NCBI RefSeq assembly: GCF_051954575.1
Contig: NZ_JBQCHP010000065.1
Location: 16,952 to 80,951, forward strand
Length of the DNA: 64,000 nucleotides
Source: Dyella sp.
GTDB taxonomy: Bacteria > Pseudomonadota > Gammaproteobacteria > Xanthomonadales > Rhodanobacteraceae
Direction: 5' to 3'
Shown: piece after piece, positions 28,057 through 37,541 of the stretch
Layout: the number at the start of each line of letters is the position of its first letter
Position numbering within the stretch: position 1 is the first letter of the stretch
Translations under genes and position numbers: made by a program
Notes under the pieces: generated by a model
Databases searched by the model: none
What the model saw: the letters and a program-made list of their open reading frames with translations, nothing else
What the model was told of the DNA's origin: nothing

Positions 28057-28199
28057 GGTGCAGACCCCAACATTCCCCACCCCGCGTTGTGACGATGTTG
28101 GGGTTCGCACCCCAACCTACGCCTTCTGCGGGTATTCTTGCGCGTTCGGCGCCTGGCGTTTTCCGGGCGTGTGTTTGTTCAATACCACAAGGAATAGCC

Positions 28200-28709
28200 A
28201 TGGCCATCCAAGTCACGATCACCACCAACCGCGGCCCGATCCACCTGCGCCTGCATGACGACAAGACCCCGGTGACGGTGGCGAGCTTCGTCAACCTGGC
28301 GCGTCGCGGCTATTACGATGGCCTGTCCTTCCATCGCGTGATCAACGATTTCATGATCCAGGGCGGTTGTCCCGAAGGCAGCGGCCGCGGCGGCCCGGGC
28401 TACCGCTTCGAAGACGAATTCAATCCCTCGCTGAAGCACGACAAGCCGGGCGTGCTGTCCATGGCCAACGCCGGCCCGCGCACCAACGGCAGCCAGTTCT
28501 TCATCACGCACGGCCCCACGCCGTGGCTGGATGGCAAGCACAGCGTGTTCGGCGAAGTGATCAGTGCGGAAGACCAGAAAGTGGTGGACGCGATCAGGCA
28601 GGGCGACGCCATCGAGAAAGTCACGGTGGAAGGCGATGCGGATGCGCTGCTGGCCGCGCAGGCGGAGCGTGTGAAGGAGTGGAACGAGGTGCTCGATCAG
28701 CGCGGTTGA
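28200..28709 (+). CDS. cyclophilin-type peptidyl-prolyl isomerase, cytoplasmic
   Basis: [41 protein letters not shown]. Confidence 0.95.
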   Translation: MAIQVTITTNRGPIHLRLHDDKTPVTVASFVNLARRGYYDGLSFHRVINDFMIQGGCPEGSGRGGPGYRFEDEFNPSLKHDKPGVLSMANAGPRTNGSQFFITHGPTPWLDGKHSVFGEVISAEDQKVVDAIRQGDAIEKVTVEGDADALLAAQAERVKEWNEVLDQRG

Positions 28710-28797
28710 TCGCGCGGTTTCACGCGACGGTTACGATTGTGTAGCCGACGTCGACATAGAATCGCCGGGCTTGGATCTTTCTCAAAGGAGTACAGCC

Positions 28798-29229
28798 ATG
28801 TCGTTACTCGATAGTTTGGGCAGTTTGCTGGGTGGCAGTCAGGGCGAGGGCGGCAATTCGCTGGTATCGATTGCAGGCCAGCTGATTCAGCAGGCCGGTG
28901 GCGTGCAGGGCCTGGCCGAAAAGCTGCAGCAGCACGGGCTGGGCGATGCGGTGCAATCGTGGATCGGCACCGGCGCCAACCAGGCCATTTCCGGCGACCA
29001 GCTCAATAACGTGCTGCAGAAGGCCGGCCTGGATTCGGTGGTGAACAACGCAGCCGGCAAGCTTGGTGTGGATCCTGGCCAGTTGCTCGGCCAGCTTGCG
29101 CAGGTATTGCCGCATGCGGTGGATCACGCCACGCCCAACGGCGAAGTGCCCACAGGCGGCAGTGGCGGTTTCGATCTGTCGATGCTGAGCGGCCTGGCCG
29201 AAAAGCTGCTTGCGGCAAAGCCGGCCTGA
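28798..29229 (+). CDS. YidB (DUF937) family protein
   Basis: GG..GL..KLQQ.GLG..VQSWIGTG.N..IS, LA..LP..VD..TP.G. Confidence 0.9.
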   Translation: MSLLDSLGSLLGGSQGEGGNSLVSIAGQLIQQAGGVQGLAEKLQQHGLGDAVQSWIGTGANQAISGDQLNNVLQKAGLDSVVNNAAGKLGVDPGQLLGQLAQVLPHAVDHATPNGEVPTGGSGGFDLSMLSGLAEKLLAAKPA

Positions 29230-29239
29230 GCAGCGTTAT

Positions 29240-29277
29240 AAAAAAAGCACGGTGGATTGCTCCACCGTGCTTTTTTT
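29240..29277. terminator. bidirectional intrinsic terminator
   Basis: A7-GCACGGTGGA-TTGC-TCCACCGTGC-T7. Confidence 0.85.
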
Positions 29278-29287
29278 GCGCCCTAGT

Positions 29288-29311
29288 GTTGGGGTTTGCA
29301 CCCCAACCTGC
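29288..29311. repeat. GTAG REP family B singlet
   Basis: GTTGGGGTTTGCACCCCAACCTGC. Confidence 0.75.
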
Positions 29312-29318
29312 GTGCACA

Positions 29319-29579
29319 TCAATGCTGGATGAAGCGCAACAGATACAGCAGGACCACCGCACCGACGATCGACATCAAAAAGCCTGCCGTGTGGAATTTC
29401 TGGCCCGGCGCCGGCTTCTTGAACAAGCTGCCGATGAAGCCGCCGATGACGGAGCCGACAATACCCACGATCGTGGTCATGATGAATCCGTAATGCTCGG
29501 CGCCCGGCACGATCCAGCGGGCGATGACGCCAATGATGAAGCCGACGATGATCGACCAGATGATATGGAACATGGACAT
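29319..29579 (-). CDS. GlsB/YeaQ/YmgE family membrane protein
   Basis: IIVG.I.G.IAR.I.PG, TI.GIVGS.IGG, SI.GAV.LL. Confidence 0.92.
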   Translation of the reverse strand: MSMFHIIWSIIVGFIIGVIARWIVPGAEHYGFIMTTIVGIVGSVIGGFIGSLFKKPAPGQKFHTAGFLMSIVGAVVLLYLLRFIQH

Positions 29580-29776
29580 CCCCTTGTCTTGGGCAGTGAT
29601 GATTGATTACTACAAGACACCCCTCCGCCCGGTTTTGCAGCGGCCGGCGACATCATGCCAGGGGCGTAGGGCAGGGCAATAGGAATTTTCTGGGTCTGGT
29701 CCGCAATCGCTCCGGTTGACGCAGCGCCGCATGCTAAAATCGCCCGGTTTGCTGTCCCGCCCCCAACGAGGAAGCC

Positions 29777-30976
29777 ATGCCCCAGCTCGCCCAGCGTATC
29801 GGCCGCGCCAAGCCCAGCGCGATCATGGTCATCGCCGAAACGGCCAAGCAACTCAAGGCCTCCGGCCGCGACATCATCAGCTTCTCCATCGGCGTGCCGA
29901 ACTTTCTGCCGGGCGAACACGTATACGCCGCTGCGCGCGAAGCGCTGTCGCACGACAGCGGCCAGTACGGCAGCAACCGCGGTTCGGATGCGCTGCTCGA
30001 TGCCTTCCTCAAACACATCGAAGCATTGGGCTTTACCGGCTACGGGCGCTTGAACCTGTCGGTGGGCATCGGCGCCAAGCAGATCCTGTACAACCTGGCC
30101 GAGGCGCTGCTCAATGACGGCGATGAAATCTGCTTCCCCGCGCCGTACTGGACCACTTATCGCGACATCGCCGACATCGTCGGCGCGAAAGCCAACGTGC
30201 TGCACTGTGGGCCGGATCAAAACTACAAGCTCACGCCGCAGCAGTTGGAAACGGCGCTGGCGCGCAAGCCGAAGGTGTTCCTGTTCAACAATCCGTCCAA
30301 TCCCACCGGCATGGTCTATACGCGCGAGGAAATCGCCGCGCTGGCCGCCGTGCTGGTGCAATATCCGGATACCTGGATCATCACCGACGACATCTACAAC
30401 ACGATGGTGTTCGATGGCATCGGCTATCACAACTTCGTGTTCGCCCGGCCGGAATTGCGTGAGCGGCTGATCTTCGTCGATTCGATTTCCAAGACCTACG
30501 GCATGCCGGGCTGGCGCGTGGGCCTGATCGCCGGGCCGGAGAACGTCGCCAAGGCGGTGACCACGCTCAACTCCAACCACATCACCAGCGTGCCGGAAGT
30601 GATCGCCGCCGCGGCGATTGCCGCCTTCAGCGGTCCGCAGGACGTGCCGCAGGCCAAATGCAAGGAGTTCGCGCAAAAACGCGACGTGGTGCTGGCCGCG
30701 CTGGCGAAGATTCCCGGCGTGGTGTGCCCGCGTCCGCAGGGCGCGTTCTACGCGTTTCCGGATATCTCGGTGGCGTTCGGCAGGAGCCACAACGGTACGC
30801 GCATCGAGAACGATGTGGATTTCTGTGCCGCGCTGCTGGGCGCCAAGGGCGTGGCCTGCGTGCCGGGTTCGGCCTTCGGCGAGGCGCGCGCCATGCGCAT
30901 TTCCTACACCTGTCCCAGCGCACAGTTGGAACCCGGCCTTGCACGTATTGCCGAGTTCTTTGCCGAGCTGACTTGA
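29777..30976 (+). CDS. PLP-dependent class I/II aminotransferase (aspartate aminotransferase-like)
   Basis: [33 protein letters not shown] (PLP Lys). Confidence 0.93.
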   Translation: MPQLAQRIGRAKPSAIMVIAETAKQLKASGRDIISFSIGVPNFLPGEHVYAAAREALSHDSGQYGSNRGSDALLDAFLKHIEALGFTGYGRLNLSVGIGAKQILYNLAEALLNDGDEICFPAPYWTTYRDIADIVGAKANVLHCGPDQNYKLTPQQLETALARKPKVFLFNNPSNPTGMVYTREEIAALAAVLVQYPDTWIITDDIYNTMVFDGIGYHNFVFARPELRERLIFVDSISKTYGMPGWRVGLIAGPENVAKAVTTLNSNHITSVPEVIAAAAIAAFSGPQDVPQAKCKEFAQKRDVVLAALAKIPGVVCPRPQGAFYAFPDISVAFGRSHNGTRIENDVDFCAALLGAKGVACVPGSAFGEARAMRISYTCPSAQLEPGLARIAEFFAELT

Positions 30977-31043
30977 TTTCTTTACGGCCCGCGTCGCTGC
31001 GATGCGGGCCTTGTCGTTTTATGCACCTGAAGGAGTTGCCACG

Positions 31044-32030
31044 ATGAAAGCCCCCGTTCGTGTTGCCGTGACCGGCGCAGCCGGCCAGATCGGTTACGCC
31101 CTGCTGTTCCGCATCGCCGCCGGCGACATGCTCGGTCCGGATCAGCCGGTGATCCTGCACCTGCTCGAAATCACGCCTGCGCTGCCTGCGCTGCAGGGCG
31201 TGGTGATGGAACTCAACGATTGCGCCTTCCCGACCCTGGCCGGCGTGGTTGCCACCGACGACGTGAACGTCGCTTTCAAGGACGTCGATTACGCCCTGCT
31301 GGTCGGCGCGCGTCCGCGTGGCCCGGGCATGGAGCGCAAGGATCTGCTCGAAGCCAACGGCGCCATCTTCGCCCCGCAGGGCAAGGCGCTGAACGATCAC
31401 GCCAAGCGCGACGTGCGCGTGCTGGTGGTGGGCAACCCGGCCAACACCAATGCGCTGATCGCGCAGCAGAATGCGCCTGATCTGGATCCGAAGTGCTTCA
31501 CTGCAATGGTGCGCCTGGATCACAACCGCGCGCTGTCGCAACTCGCCGAGAAGACCGGCAAGCACACCACCGAAATCAAGAAGGTCACCATCTGGGGCAA
31601 CCACAGCTCCACCCAGTATCCGGACCTGCACCACGCCATCGTGGGCGGCAAGCCGGCGCTCGGCCTGATCGACCAGGCCTGGTACGAGAAGGACTTCATT
31701 CCTACCGTGCAGCAGCGCGGCGCGGCCATCATCAAGGCGCGCGGTGCTTCGTCGGCTGCTTCGGCGGCATCGGCGGCGATCGATCACATGCGCACATGGG
31801 CGCTGGGTACTGCCGAAGGTGACTGGGTGTCGATGGGCATTCCGTCGGACGGTTCGTACGGCATCGCACCGGGCGTGATCTACGGCTATCCGGTAACGGT
31901 GAAGGGTGGCAAGTACGAGATCGTGCAAGGTCTGGAAGTCAATGACTTCTCGCGCGCACGCATGGATGCGACCGACAAGGAACTGCGCGAAGAGCGCGCG
32001 GGCGTCGAGCATCTGTTTGCGAAGAAGTAA
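31044..32030 (+). CDS. mdh: malate dehydrogenase
   Basis: [45 protein letters not shown]. Confidence 0.97.
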   Translation: MKAPVRVAVTGAAGQIGYALLFRIAAGDMLGPDQPVILHLLEITPALPALQGVVMELNDCAFPTLAGVVATDDVNVAFKDVDYALLVGARPRGPGMERKDLLEANGAIFAPQGKALNDHAKRDVRVLVVGNPANTNALIAQQNAPDLDPKCFTAMVRLDHNRALSQLAEKTGKHTTEIKKVTIWGNHSSTQYPDLHHAIVGGKPALGLIDQAWYEKDFIPTVQQRGAAIIKARGASSAASAASAAIDHMRTWALGTAEGDWVSMGIPSDGSYGIAPGVIYGYPVTVKGGKYEIVQGLEVNDFSRARMDATDKELREERAGVEHLFAKK

Positions 32031-32050
32031 GACACATCTTTCGCTGCGGG

Positions 32051-32088
32051 AAAACAAACGGCCATCCGCAAGGGCGGCCGTTTGTTTT
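32051..32088. terminator. intrinsic terminator
   Basis: AAAACAAACGGCC-ATCCGCAAGGGC-GGCCGTTTGTTTT. Confidence 0.8.
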
Positions 32089-32126
32089 ATGCCCGCACTT
32101 GCGGGATAAGCGCGTTCTTGCCCAGC

Positions 32127-32245
32127 CGTCATTCCGGCGAAGGCCGGAATCCAGTCTCAATACACGTCCGAAGGACACGACATCTTTATGCGGTGTGCTG
32201 CGCACATCGTATTTAAACTGGATTCCGGCCTTCGCCGGAATGATG
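32127..32245. repeat. CGTC REP doublet with long structured spacer
   Basis: CGTCATTCCGGCGAAGGCCGGAATCCAG ... CTGGATTCCGGCCTTCGCCGGAATGATG; a degenerate family B REP follows at 32264-32283. Confidence 0.9.
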
Positions 32246-32285
32246 GTGAGGAAAGATGACGACGTTGAGGTTTGCACCCCAACGT

Positions 32286-33986
32286 TCAGCGCAACTGATA
32301 GCTGAAAGTGAAATTCACCCGCGGCGAGCGATGCGTAGCGCCCAGCGGCTTGTCGCCCACCGGCTGCGCTACGGTGAGATCGAACGCGTAGTAATGCTTG
32401 TCCGTCCATCGCACGCCGAGCCCGGCGCTGCCCAGTTTCGCCGGTGCAGGCGTGCCGACGTTGAGATACGCGCGCGCAAACTGTGTCACCACGTAAGGCG
32501 TGACTTGCCTCACCCAGCGATTGGACAAGTCGTAGTGCTGGTTCACTTCGAATGACGCGCCCCAGCCGCTGTCACCGGCCGTTTCGCCCGGATCGTAGGC
32601 CAGTCCATAGCGCGGTCCGCCGAAACTTATCTGCTCGGTGGTCGGCAAGGTGCTGTGGCTGTATTGCCCGGTGATGTTGAAAACCGTGCCGAAGCGATGG
32701 GGCCATGCATCGCTTTGCAGAAAGCTTGCGTCGTAGCGCGTAAAGGTCGGGTCCGCGGGCGAGACCAACACCAGATGGCCGAACCGCGTTACCACGCTGG
32801 CATTGGCGCCCAGGCCATCGATGCCGCGCGCGATCTCCAGGTTGATCTTCTGCACGCGGGTGTCGCCGGCCTTGAGGTAATCCAGCTTGCCGTTGAACAC
32901 GCGCAGGCCATCGTGCTGGATCAATCGCGCGCCGGTGATGGTGTTGGTGTACGTCTGCGTCAGCGTGGTGACGTAGCCGCCGCCCGTCGCGGTAAGGTTG
33001 GTGTGGTTGTCCAGCAGCAGCGGATAGCTGACGGAAAGCGCGAACTGGTCCTGATGCAGGGCTTGCTTCAGGTAGTAAGGCAGCTGGTTGTCGGTATTCG
33101 GGCTGCCCTGGTAATGCGAGCCGTTGAAGTGCAGCATCGCGCCGTCCGCGGCCAGCGGCTGCAGGAAGCTCAGCGAATACAGGTGTTGATGACCCGGCCC
33201 GGGCGGAAGCAGGGTGGAGAAACCGATCTGTTCGGCGAACGACAGCAGACCGTTTTCCGTCACGCTGGTCAGGCCTTGCACGCCGGGGTGATCGAAATCG
33301 ATACCGGTGCTGGCATTGAAGCGCGTGCGCTTCACCGTCAACAGCAGTCGTGTAGCGCCATCGGTAGTGGTGGGCGCCGGTACGTTCGCATCGATATGCA
33401 GGCCCGGCAGCATGCCCAGTACTTGCAGATAACGTTCGAAGGTTTTTTGCTGCAACGGGCGTTCTTTGGCGATGTGCGCGGCGATGGCGCGGATCTTCGG
33501 CTCCATGTTGCCGGCATCGCCGCTGATGTTCACGTCGGCCACGTAGCCTTCCACGACGGTGACGTGCACCACGCTATCGGCGAAATCCTGCGTGGGTACA
33601 TAGCCGAACGCGAGCGCGTAACCGTGCTTTTGATAAATGACGGCGATTTTCGCGGCAGCATCGAGCACGTCGGAAACGTGCACGGTCTTGCCGGTCATCG
33701 GGCTGAACAGCGCGGCGACTTCCTTGAACGGCACCGCATGCACGCCGACCACGTCGAAGCGCCGCGGTGTGATGGATGTTGCGAGCAACGCAGCCAGGCG
33801 CGGATTGGCGGCGTGCGCCTCCACTTCCGTATTCACCTTGGGCGCCACCGGCGTTTCCACGCGCGGCAGATTCTGCAGCGGATTTGCCGTGGCCGGCGGG
33901 CGCACCTGCGCCGCCACCTGCAACGAAACCATGCTTGAAACACCGAACACTGACGCACCGAGCGCCGGGCCGATCCATGCCTTCAT
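32286..33986 (-). CDS. ShlB/FhaC/HecB (TpsB-type) outer-membrane translocator
   Basis: POTRA pattern Y...GY..AFGYVPTQ....V.VTVVEGY; EQISFGG; SAGLGVR; C-terminal aromatic (FSYQLR). Confidence 0.9.
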   Translation of the reverse strand: MKAWIGPALGASVFGVSSMVSLQVAAQVRPPATANPLQNLPRVETPVAPKVNTEVEAHAANPRLAALLATSITPRRFDVVGVHAVPFKEVAALFSPMTGKTVHVSDVLDAAAKIAVIYQKHGYALAFGYVPTQDFADSVVHVTVVEGYVADVNISGDAGNMEPKIRAIAAHIAKERPLQQKTFERYLQVLGMLPGLHIDANVPAPTTTDGATRLLLTVKRTRFNASTGIDFDHPGVQGLTSVTENGLLSFAEQIGFSTLLPPGPGHQHLYSLSFLQPLAADGAMLHFNGSHYQGSPNTDNQLPYYLKQALHQDQFALSVSYPLLLDNHTNLTATGGGYVTTLTQTYTNTITGARLIQHDGLRVFNGKLDYLKAGDTRVQKINLEIARGIDGLGANASVVTRFGHLVLVSPADPTFTRYDASFLQSDAWPHRFGTVFNITGQYSHSTLPTTEQISFGGPRYGLAYDPGETAGDSGWGASFEVNQHYDLSNRWVRQVTPYVVTQFARAYLNVGTPAPAKLGSAGLGVRWTDKHYYAFDLTVAQPVGDKPLGATHRSPRVNFTFSYQLR

Positions 33987-34003
33987 GCCATGCCCCTGTT
34001 CAT

Positions 34004-34032
34004 CCCAACCCTCCCCTGCGTGCAGGGGAGGG
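34004..34032. repeat. CCCTCCCC-type half element
   Basis: CCCAACCCTCCCCTGCGTGCAGGGGAGGG between lipoprotein and TpsB genes. Confidence 0.7.
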
Positions 34033-34058
34033 CGCGATATGTCGCAAGAAGTCGCCGC

Positions 34059-35549
34059 TTACAGAGTGTGCTTGCCGAGCAATCCGAGCAGGCTCGCCTC
34101 CTTGTTGCTGCTGGTCGATGAGGACGAGCTGCCGGTAACAGCGCCGACGATGCCACCCGTACCGCTGGTGCCGGTAAGGTTGGCCACGCCGTTGACCACG
34201 TTGCTGACGGTTTGCGTGACCGGCTGCAATACCCCGCCGACGCCGGTCGTGCCAGTGCCGCCTACCGCTGCCACCGTGTTGCCGGCGGCCGTGACGGTGT
34301 TGCCGACCAGGCCGGTTACCGTGCCGAGTCCCGCAGTGGGACCGGAGCCGGTCGCACTGGTGATGGCCTGCCCGGTGCTTGCCAGGGTCTGGCCGATACC
34401 GGTGATGGCATTGGTGCCGCCGGTAGCCGTGACGCCCACCGGATTGCCGATGCTGCCCGATTGGCCGAGGCCGGCCGTAACGCCATTGCCTAGCGTGGTG
34501 ACGGCATTGCCCGCGCCTTGCACGACGTTGCCCACCAGCTGTGTGACCGGCGCTGCGCCCGGCACGGACGCACCGGTGCTGGCCACTTGCGCGCCCATCG
34601 ACGAAACGATGCTGCCCACGCCGCTGGTGGCATTGCCGCCGACCTGCGATACCGTTGCAACGAGATTGCCGCCGCCATTGCTGCTGCTTTGGCCCAGCGT
34701 GGACAGTGGCGTCACCGTATTGCTGGCCGCCTGCGTGATCGTCTTCACCAGCCCGGTGCTGAGGGTGTGATCGAGCGGCGTGCTGCCGGCCGATACATCG
34801 TTGCCGACAGTGGATACCACGCCGCCGAGCGCGGCGGTGATCGGCTGGATCGGCGAGCCCTGGAACGAACCGACGCTGGCGACCGCCTGGCCGAGATCGT
34901 TCACCGCCTTGCCCGTGTCGTCGACGACACCGCCCAGGCTCTGCACGGTGGTGCCGACCGGATCCTTCGTATTGCCGAGCTGGCCCAGTCCGCTGACCAC
35001 GCCGTTGCCCAGCGCCGTTACCGCATCGCCGGTGTTGGTCACCACGCCGGCAAGCCCTTGCGTGAGGCCGTTGTTCCCCAACGGTGTACCGGTGAGTTGC
35101 GAACCGATGGTGCTCACCGCACCGCCTAAGCTGGTTACTACACCGCCCGCACCGGTCGCCACGCTACCAAGCAGGGTGCTGGGCGCTGGGGTCGGAGTAG
35201 GTGTTGGAGTTGGAGTTGGAGTCGGAGTAGGTGTTGGAGTCGGACTGGGCGTTGGGCTCGGGCTCGGTGATCCACCACCGTCGCCACCCGTTCCACCGGT
35301 GCCGCCAATGCCGCCGCCAGCAGAACCGCTGTTGCCGCTGCTCCCGGAAGTGCCCGAACCATCCGAGCCGGAGCCGCCTGAGCCACTGCTGCTCGATCCG
35401 CCTGATGGACTGACCGACAGACCGCCTCCCGATGAACTGCGGACCGAGCCCGATCCGCTGCATGCCGTCAAGGAGAGCACGCATGCGGCGATCAGACTGG
35501 CCAGAAGGGTTTGCTTGATGATGATGTTGCCCGAAGCAATGCTACGCAT
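34059..35549 (-). CDS. Gly/Thr/Val-rich repeat lipoprotein with (PT)n linker
   Basis: AAAGGAG RBS; LTAC lipobox (Cys30); GS-rich then PT repeats, then GxxVxxxG repeats. Confidence 0.8.
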   Translation of the reverse strand: MRSIASGNIIIKQTLLASLIAACVLSLTACSGSGSVRSSSGGGLSVSPSGGSSSSGSGGSGSDGSGTSGSSGNSGSAGGGIGGTGGTGGDGGGSPSPSPTPSPTPTPTPTPTPTPTPTPTPAPSTLLGSVATGAGGVVTSLGGAVSTIGSQLTGTPLGNNGLTQGLAGVVTNTGDAVTALGNGVVSGLGQLGNTKDPVGTTVQSLGGVVDDTGKAVNDLGQAVASVGSFQGSPIQPITAALGGVVSTVGNDVSAGSTPLDHTLSTGLVKTITQAASNTVTPLSTLGQSSSNGGGNLVATVSQVGGNATSGVGSIVSSMGAQVASTGASVPGAAPVTQLVGNVVQGAGNAVTTLGNGVTAGLGQSGSIGNPVGVTATGGTNAITGIGQTLASTGQAITSATGSGPTAGLGTVTGLVGNTVTAAGNTVAAVGGTGTTGVGGVLQPVTQTVSNVVNGVANLTGTSGTGGIVGAVTGSSSSSTSSNKEASLLGLLGKHTL

Positions 35550-35845
35550 GACCCATCTCCTTTGAGCGCGAGCGCACCTCACCGCAGGCGTTGCGCCTGT
35601 TTCGGTGCGCCGATGAAGGTAGACATCAATTTTCCCGACCGGCCCATGCATGCCGGTGACATTTGCGACTTGAAACCCCTGATGCGAGTACCTGATGGCC
35701 TACATGAACGGGGATCGGGCAATTTGATGTTGCGTGGACATAAGTGAAGACGCTGTGCACGATGTGCGGCTATTCGTCACAGTTTCCGAAAACGGGTAGG
35801 GTTGGCCGAAAACGGGTAGATGTCGGCGGCCGCGGCTGGCACGTT

Positions 35846-36571
35846 TTATTCCCGCACAGCGCGCAATTGGCGGTTTTTCGCGGTGACGCGCAGTACCGAG
35901 CCCTGCTCGTACCAGTCGCCCAGCACGATGCGTTCGGCCGTATGGCCGTCCAAATCGAAATGGTGGATGGCGGGGCGATGGGTGTGGCCGTGGATCAGGT
36001 GCGTCACGCCCGCGTGGCGCATCGCTTGCGCCACCGCTTTGGCGTTCACGTCCATGATGTCTTCGTGCTTGATGCTGTTCTGTGCGCGGCTTTCCGCGCG
36101 CGCCTTCGCCGCCAGCGCGCGGCGCGCGTCCAGCGGCATGGCCAGTACCTGGGCCTTCCATTCCGGCGTGCGCACCTGGCGGCGGAAGGCCTGGTAGGCC
36201 AGGTCGTCGGTGCACAGAACATCGCCGTGCATCAGCAGGGTCGGGGTGCCGTAAAGATCGTGCACGGTGCCGTCTTCGAGCAAGGTAAAACCGGCGCGCT
36301 CGGCGAAGGCTTGGCCCATCAGAAAATCGCGGTTGCCAGCGATGAAATACACCGGCACGCCAGCATCGCACACCGCCCGTGTGGCATTGGCGATACGTTG
36401 CGGCAGCTGCGCATCGTCATCATCGCCGACCCAGGCCTCGACCAGGTCGCCGAGGATGTACAAGGCATCGGCCTTGCGCACTTCGTCGCCGGACAGGTAA
36501 TGCTCAAACAGCGTAGTGATCTGCGGGCGGCTGTCGTCCAGGTGCAGGTCCGAAATGAACAGCGTGCTCAT
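35846..36571 (-). CDS. lpxH: UDP-2,3-diacylglucosamine diphosphatase
   Basis: FISDLHL, LGDL.E.W.GDD, GNRDFL, HGD.LCTDD, HGHTHRP, LGDW. Confidence 0.96.
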   Translation of the reverse strand: MSTLFISDLHLDDSRPQITTLFEHYLSGDEVRKADALYILGDLVEAWVGDDDDAQLPQRIANATRAVCDAGVPVYFIAGNRDFLMGQAFAERAGFTLLEDGTVHDLYGTPTLLMHGDVLCTDDLAYQAFRRQVRTPEWKAQVLAMPLDARRALAAKARAESRAQNSIKHEDIMDVNAKAVAQAMRHAGVTHLIHGHTHRPAIHHFDLDGHTAERIVLGDWYEQGSVLRVTAKNRQLRAVRE

Positions 36572-37251
36572 TTGGATTTGCGCGGCGCAGGGGTAACTGG
36601 CGGCTTGGCGGCCGCAGCAGATGCCGGCGCGGGCGCGGGCGCGGCTTCGCCTTCGACGCTCACGCTCTGGATCACCACCAGCGGGTTGGGCACGTCGGCG
36701 GCGAAAGGACCTTGCGCACGCGTGGGCAGCGCGGCGATCTTGTCCACCACGTCCATGCCCTTGGTCACCTTGGCGAACACGGTATAGCCCCAGGTAAGGC
36801 CGTTCTGGTTGCCGACGTAGTCCAGGCGGCGATCGTCCACCAGGTTGATGAAGAATTGCGAGGTGCCGGAGTTCGGATCCGCGCCGCGCGCAACGGCCAC
36901 CGTGCCGCGCAGATTGGAAAGCCCGTTGTCGGCCTCGCTGGCCACCGGCGAATGCGTGCGGCGTGGCTGCAGCTCGGCGGTGTAGAGGCCGCCCTGGATG
37001 AGATAGCCGGGAATCACCCGATGAAACACCGTGCCGGCGTAGAAGCCTTCGTGCACGTAGCGCAGGAAGTTGGCGACGCTCTTGGGCGATTTGTCCGCGT
37101 ACAGCTCCATCGTGATGTCCCCTTGCGAGGTATGCACGGTCACTGTGGGATTGGCCACCGCCGGCGCGGCGGGCGCAGCGGCCGGCTTGCTGGTCTGCGC
37201 CACGGCAAGCGGAGCGATGAGGAAGAGGGCGGTCAGCAGGTACTTGGGCAT
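36568..37251 (-). CDS. cyclophilin-type peptidyl-prolyl isomerase with signal peptide
   Basis: FHRVIPG..IQGG, NLRGTVA.AR...P.S.TSQFFIN; coupled to lpxH. Confidence 0.93.
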   Translation of the reverse strand: MPKYLLTALFLIAPLAVAQTSKPAAAPAAPAVANPTVTVHTSQGDITMELYADKSPKSVANFLRYVHEGFYAGTVFHRVIPGYLIQGGLYTAELQPRRTHSPVASEADNGLSNLRGTVAVARGADPNSGTSQFFINLVDDRRLDYVGNQNGLTWGYTVFAKVTKGMDVVDKIAALPTRAQGPFAADVPNPLVVIQSVSVEGEAAPAPAPASAAAAKPPVTPAPRKSK

Positions 37252-37387
37252 GTTGGGAAACGTACGGCTGAAATATCCGCGCATGATACGCGGGTGAAGC
37301 CTGCTTATGGCTGATTGGCGATGTCGTGCTTGGCCGTGCATCTGTAGAGCGTCCGATTGGCGCTACGTTTCAGCTGTGCGGCACGCG

Positions 37388-37510
37388 CTCCCTCCCCTGC
37401 TGGCAGGGGAGGGCTGGGGTGGGGTTGTACGAGCTTGCCGTAGTGTTTGAATTCATCGCGAGGTTGCTTCCCCCCACCCCGACCCTCCCTACTACACGTA
37501 GGGGAGGGAG
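37388..37510. repeat. CCCTCCCC-type ~120 bp element, copy 2 (reverse orientation)
   Basis: Reverse complement aligns with 46316-46436, spacer included. Confidence 0.85.
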
Positions 37511-37541
37511 CAATAGGCGGCAATTGCGAGGCCGATTCGCT

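Larger units (their letters stand above)
27731..28120. repeat. GTAG REP family B doublet interrupted by a nested insertion
   Basis: Left piece 27731-27749, remainder 28057-28071, intact partner 28097-28120. Confidence 0.8.

Noticed and set aside
34059-35549. Collagen-like label for the Gly-rich lipoprotein
   Set aside because: No continuous Gly-X-Y run; glycines follow a longer helical-type spacing.
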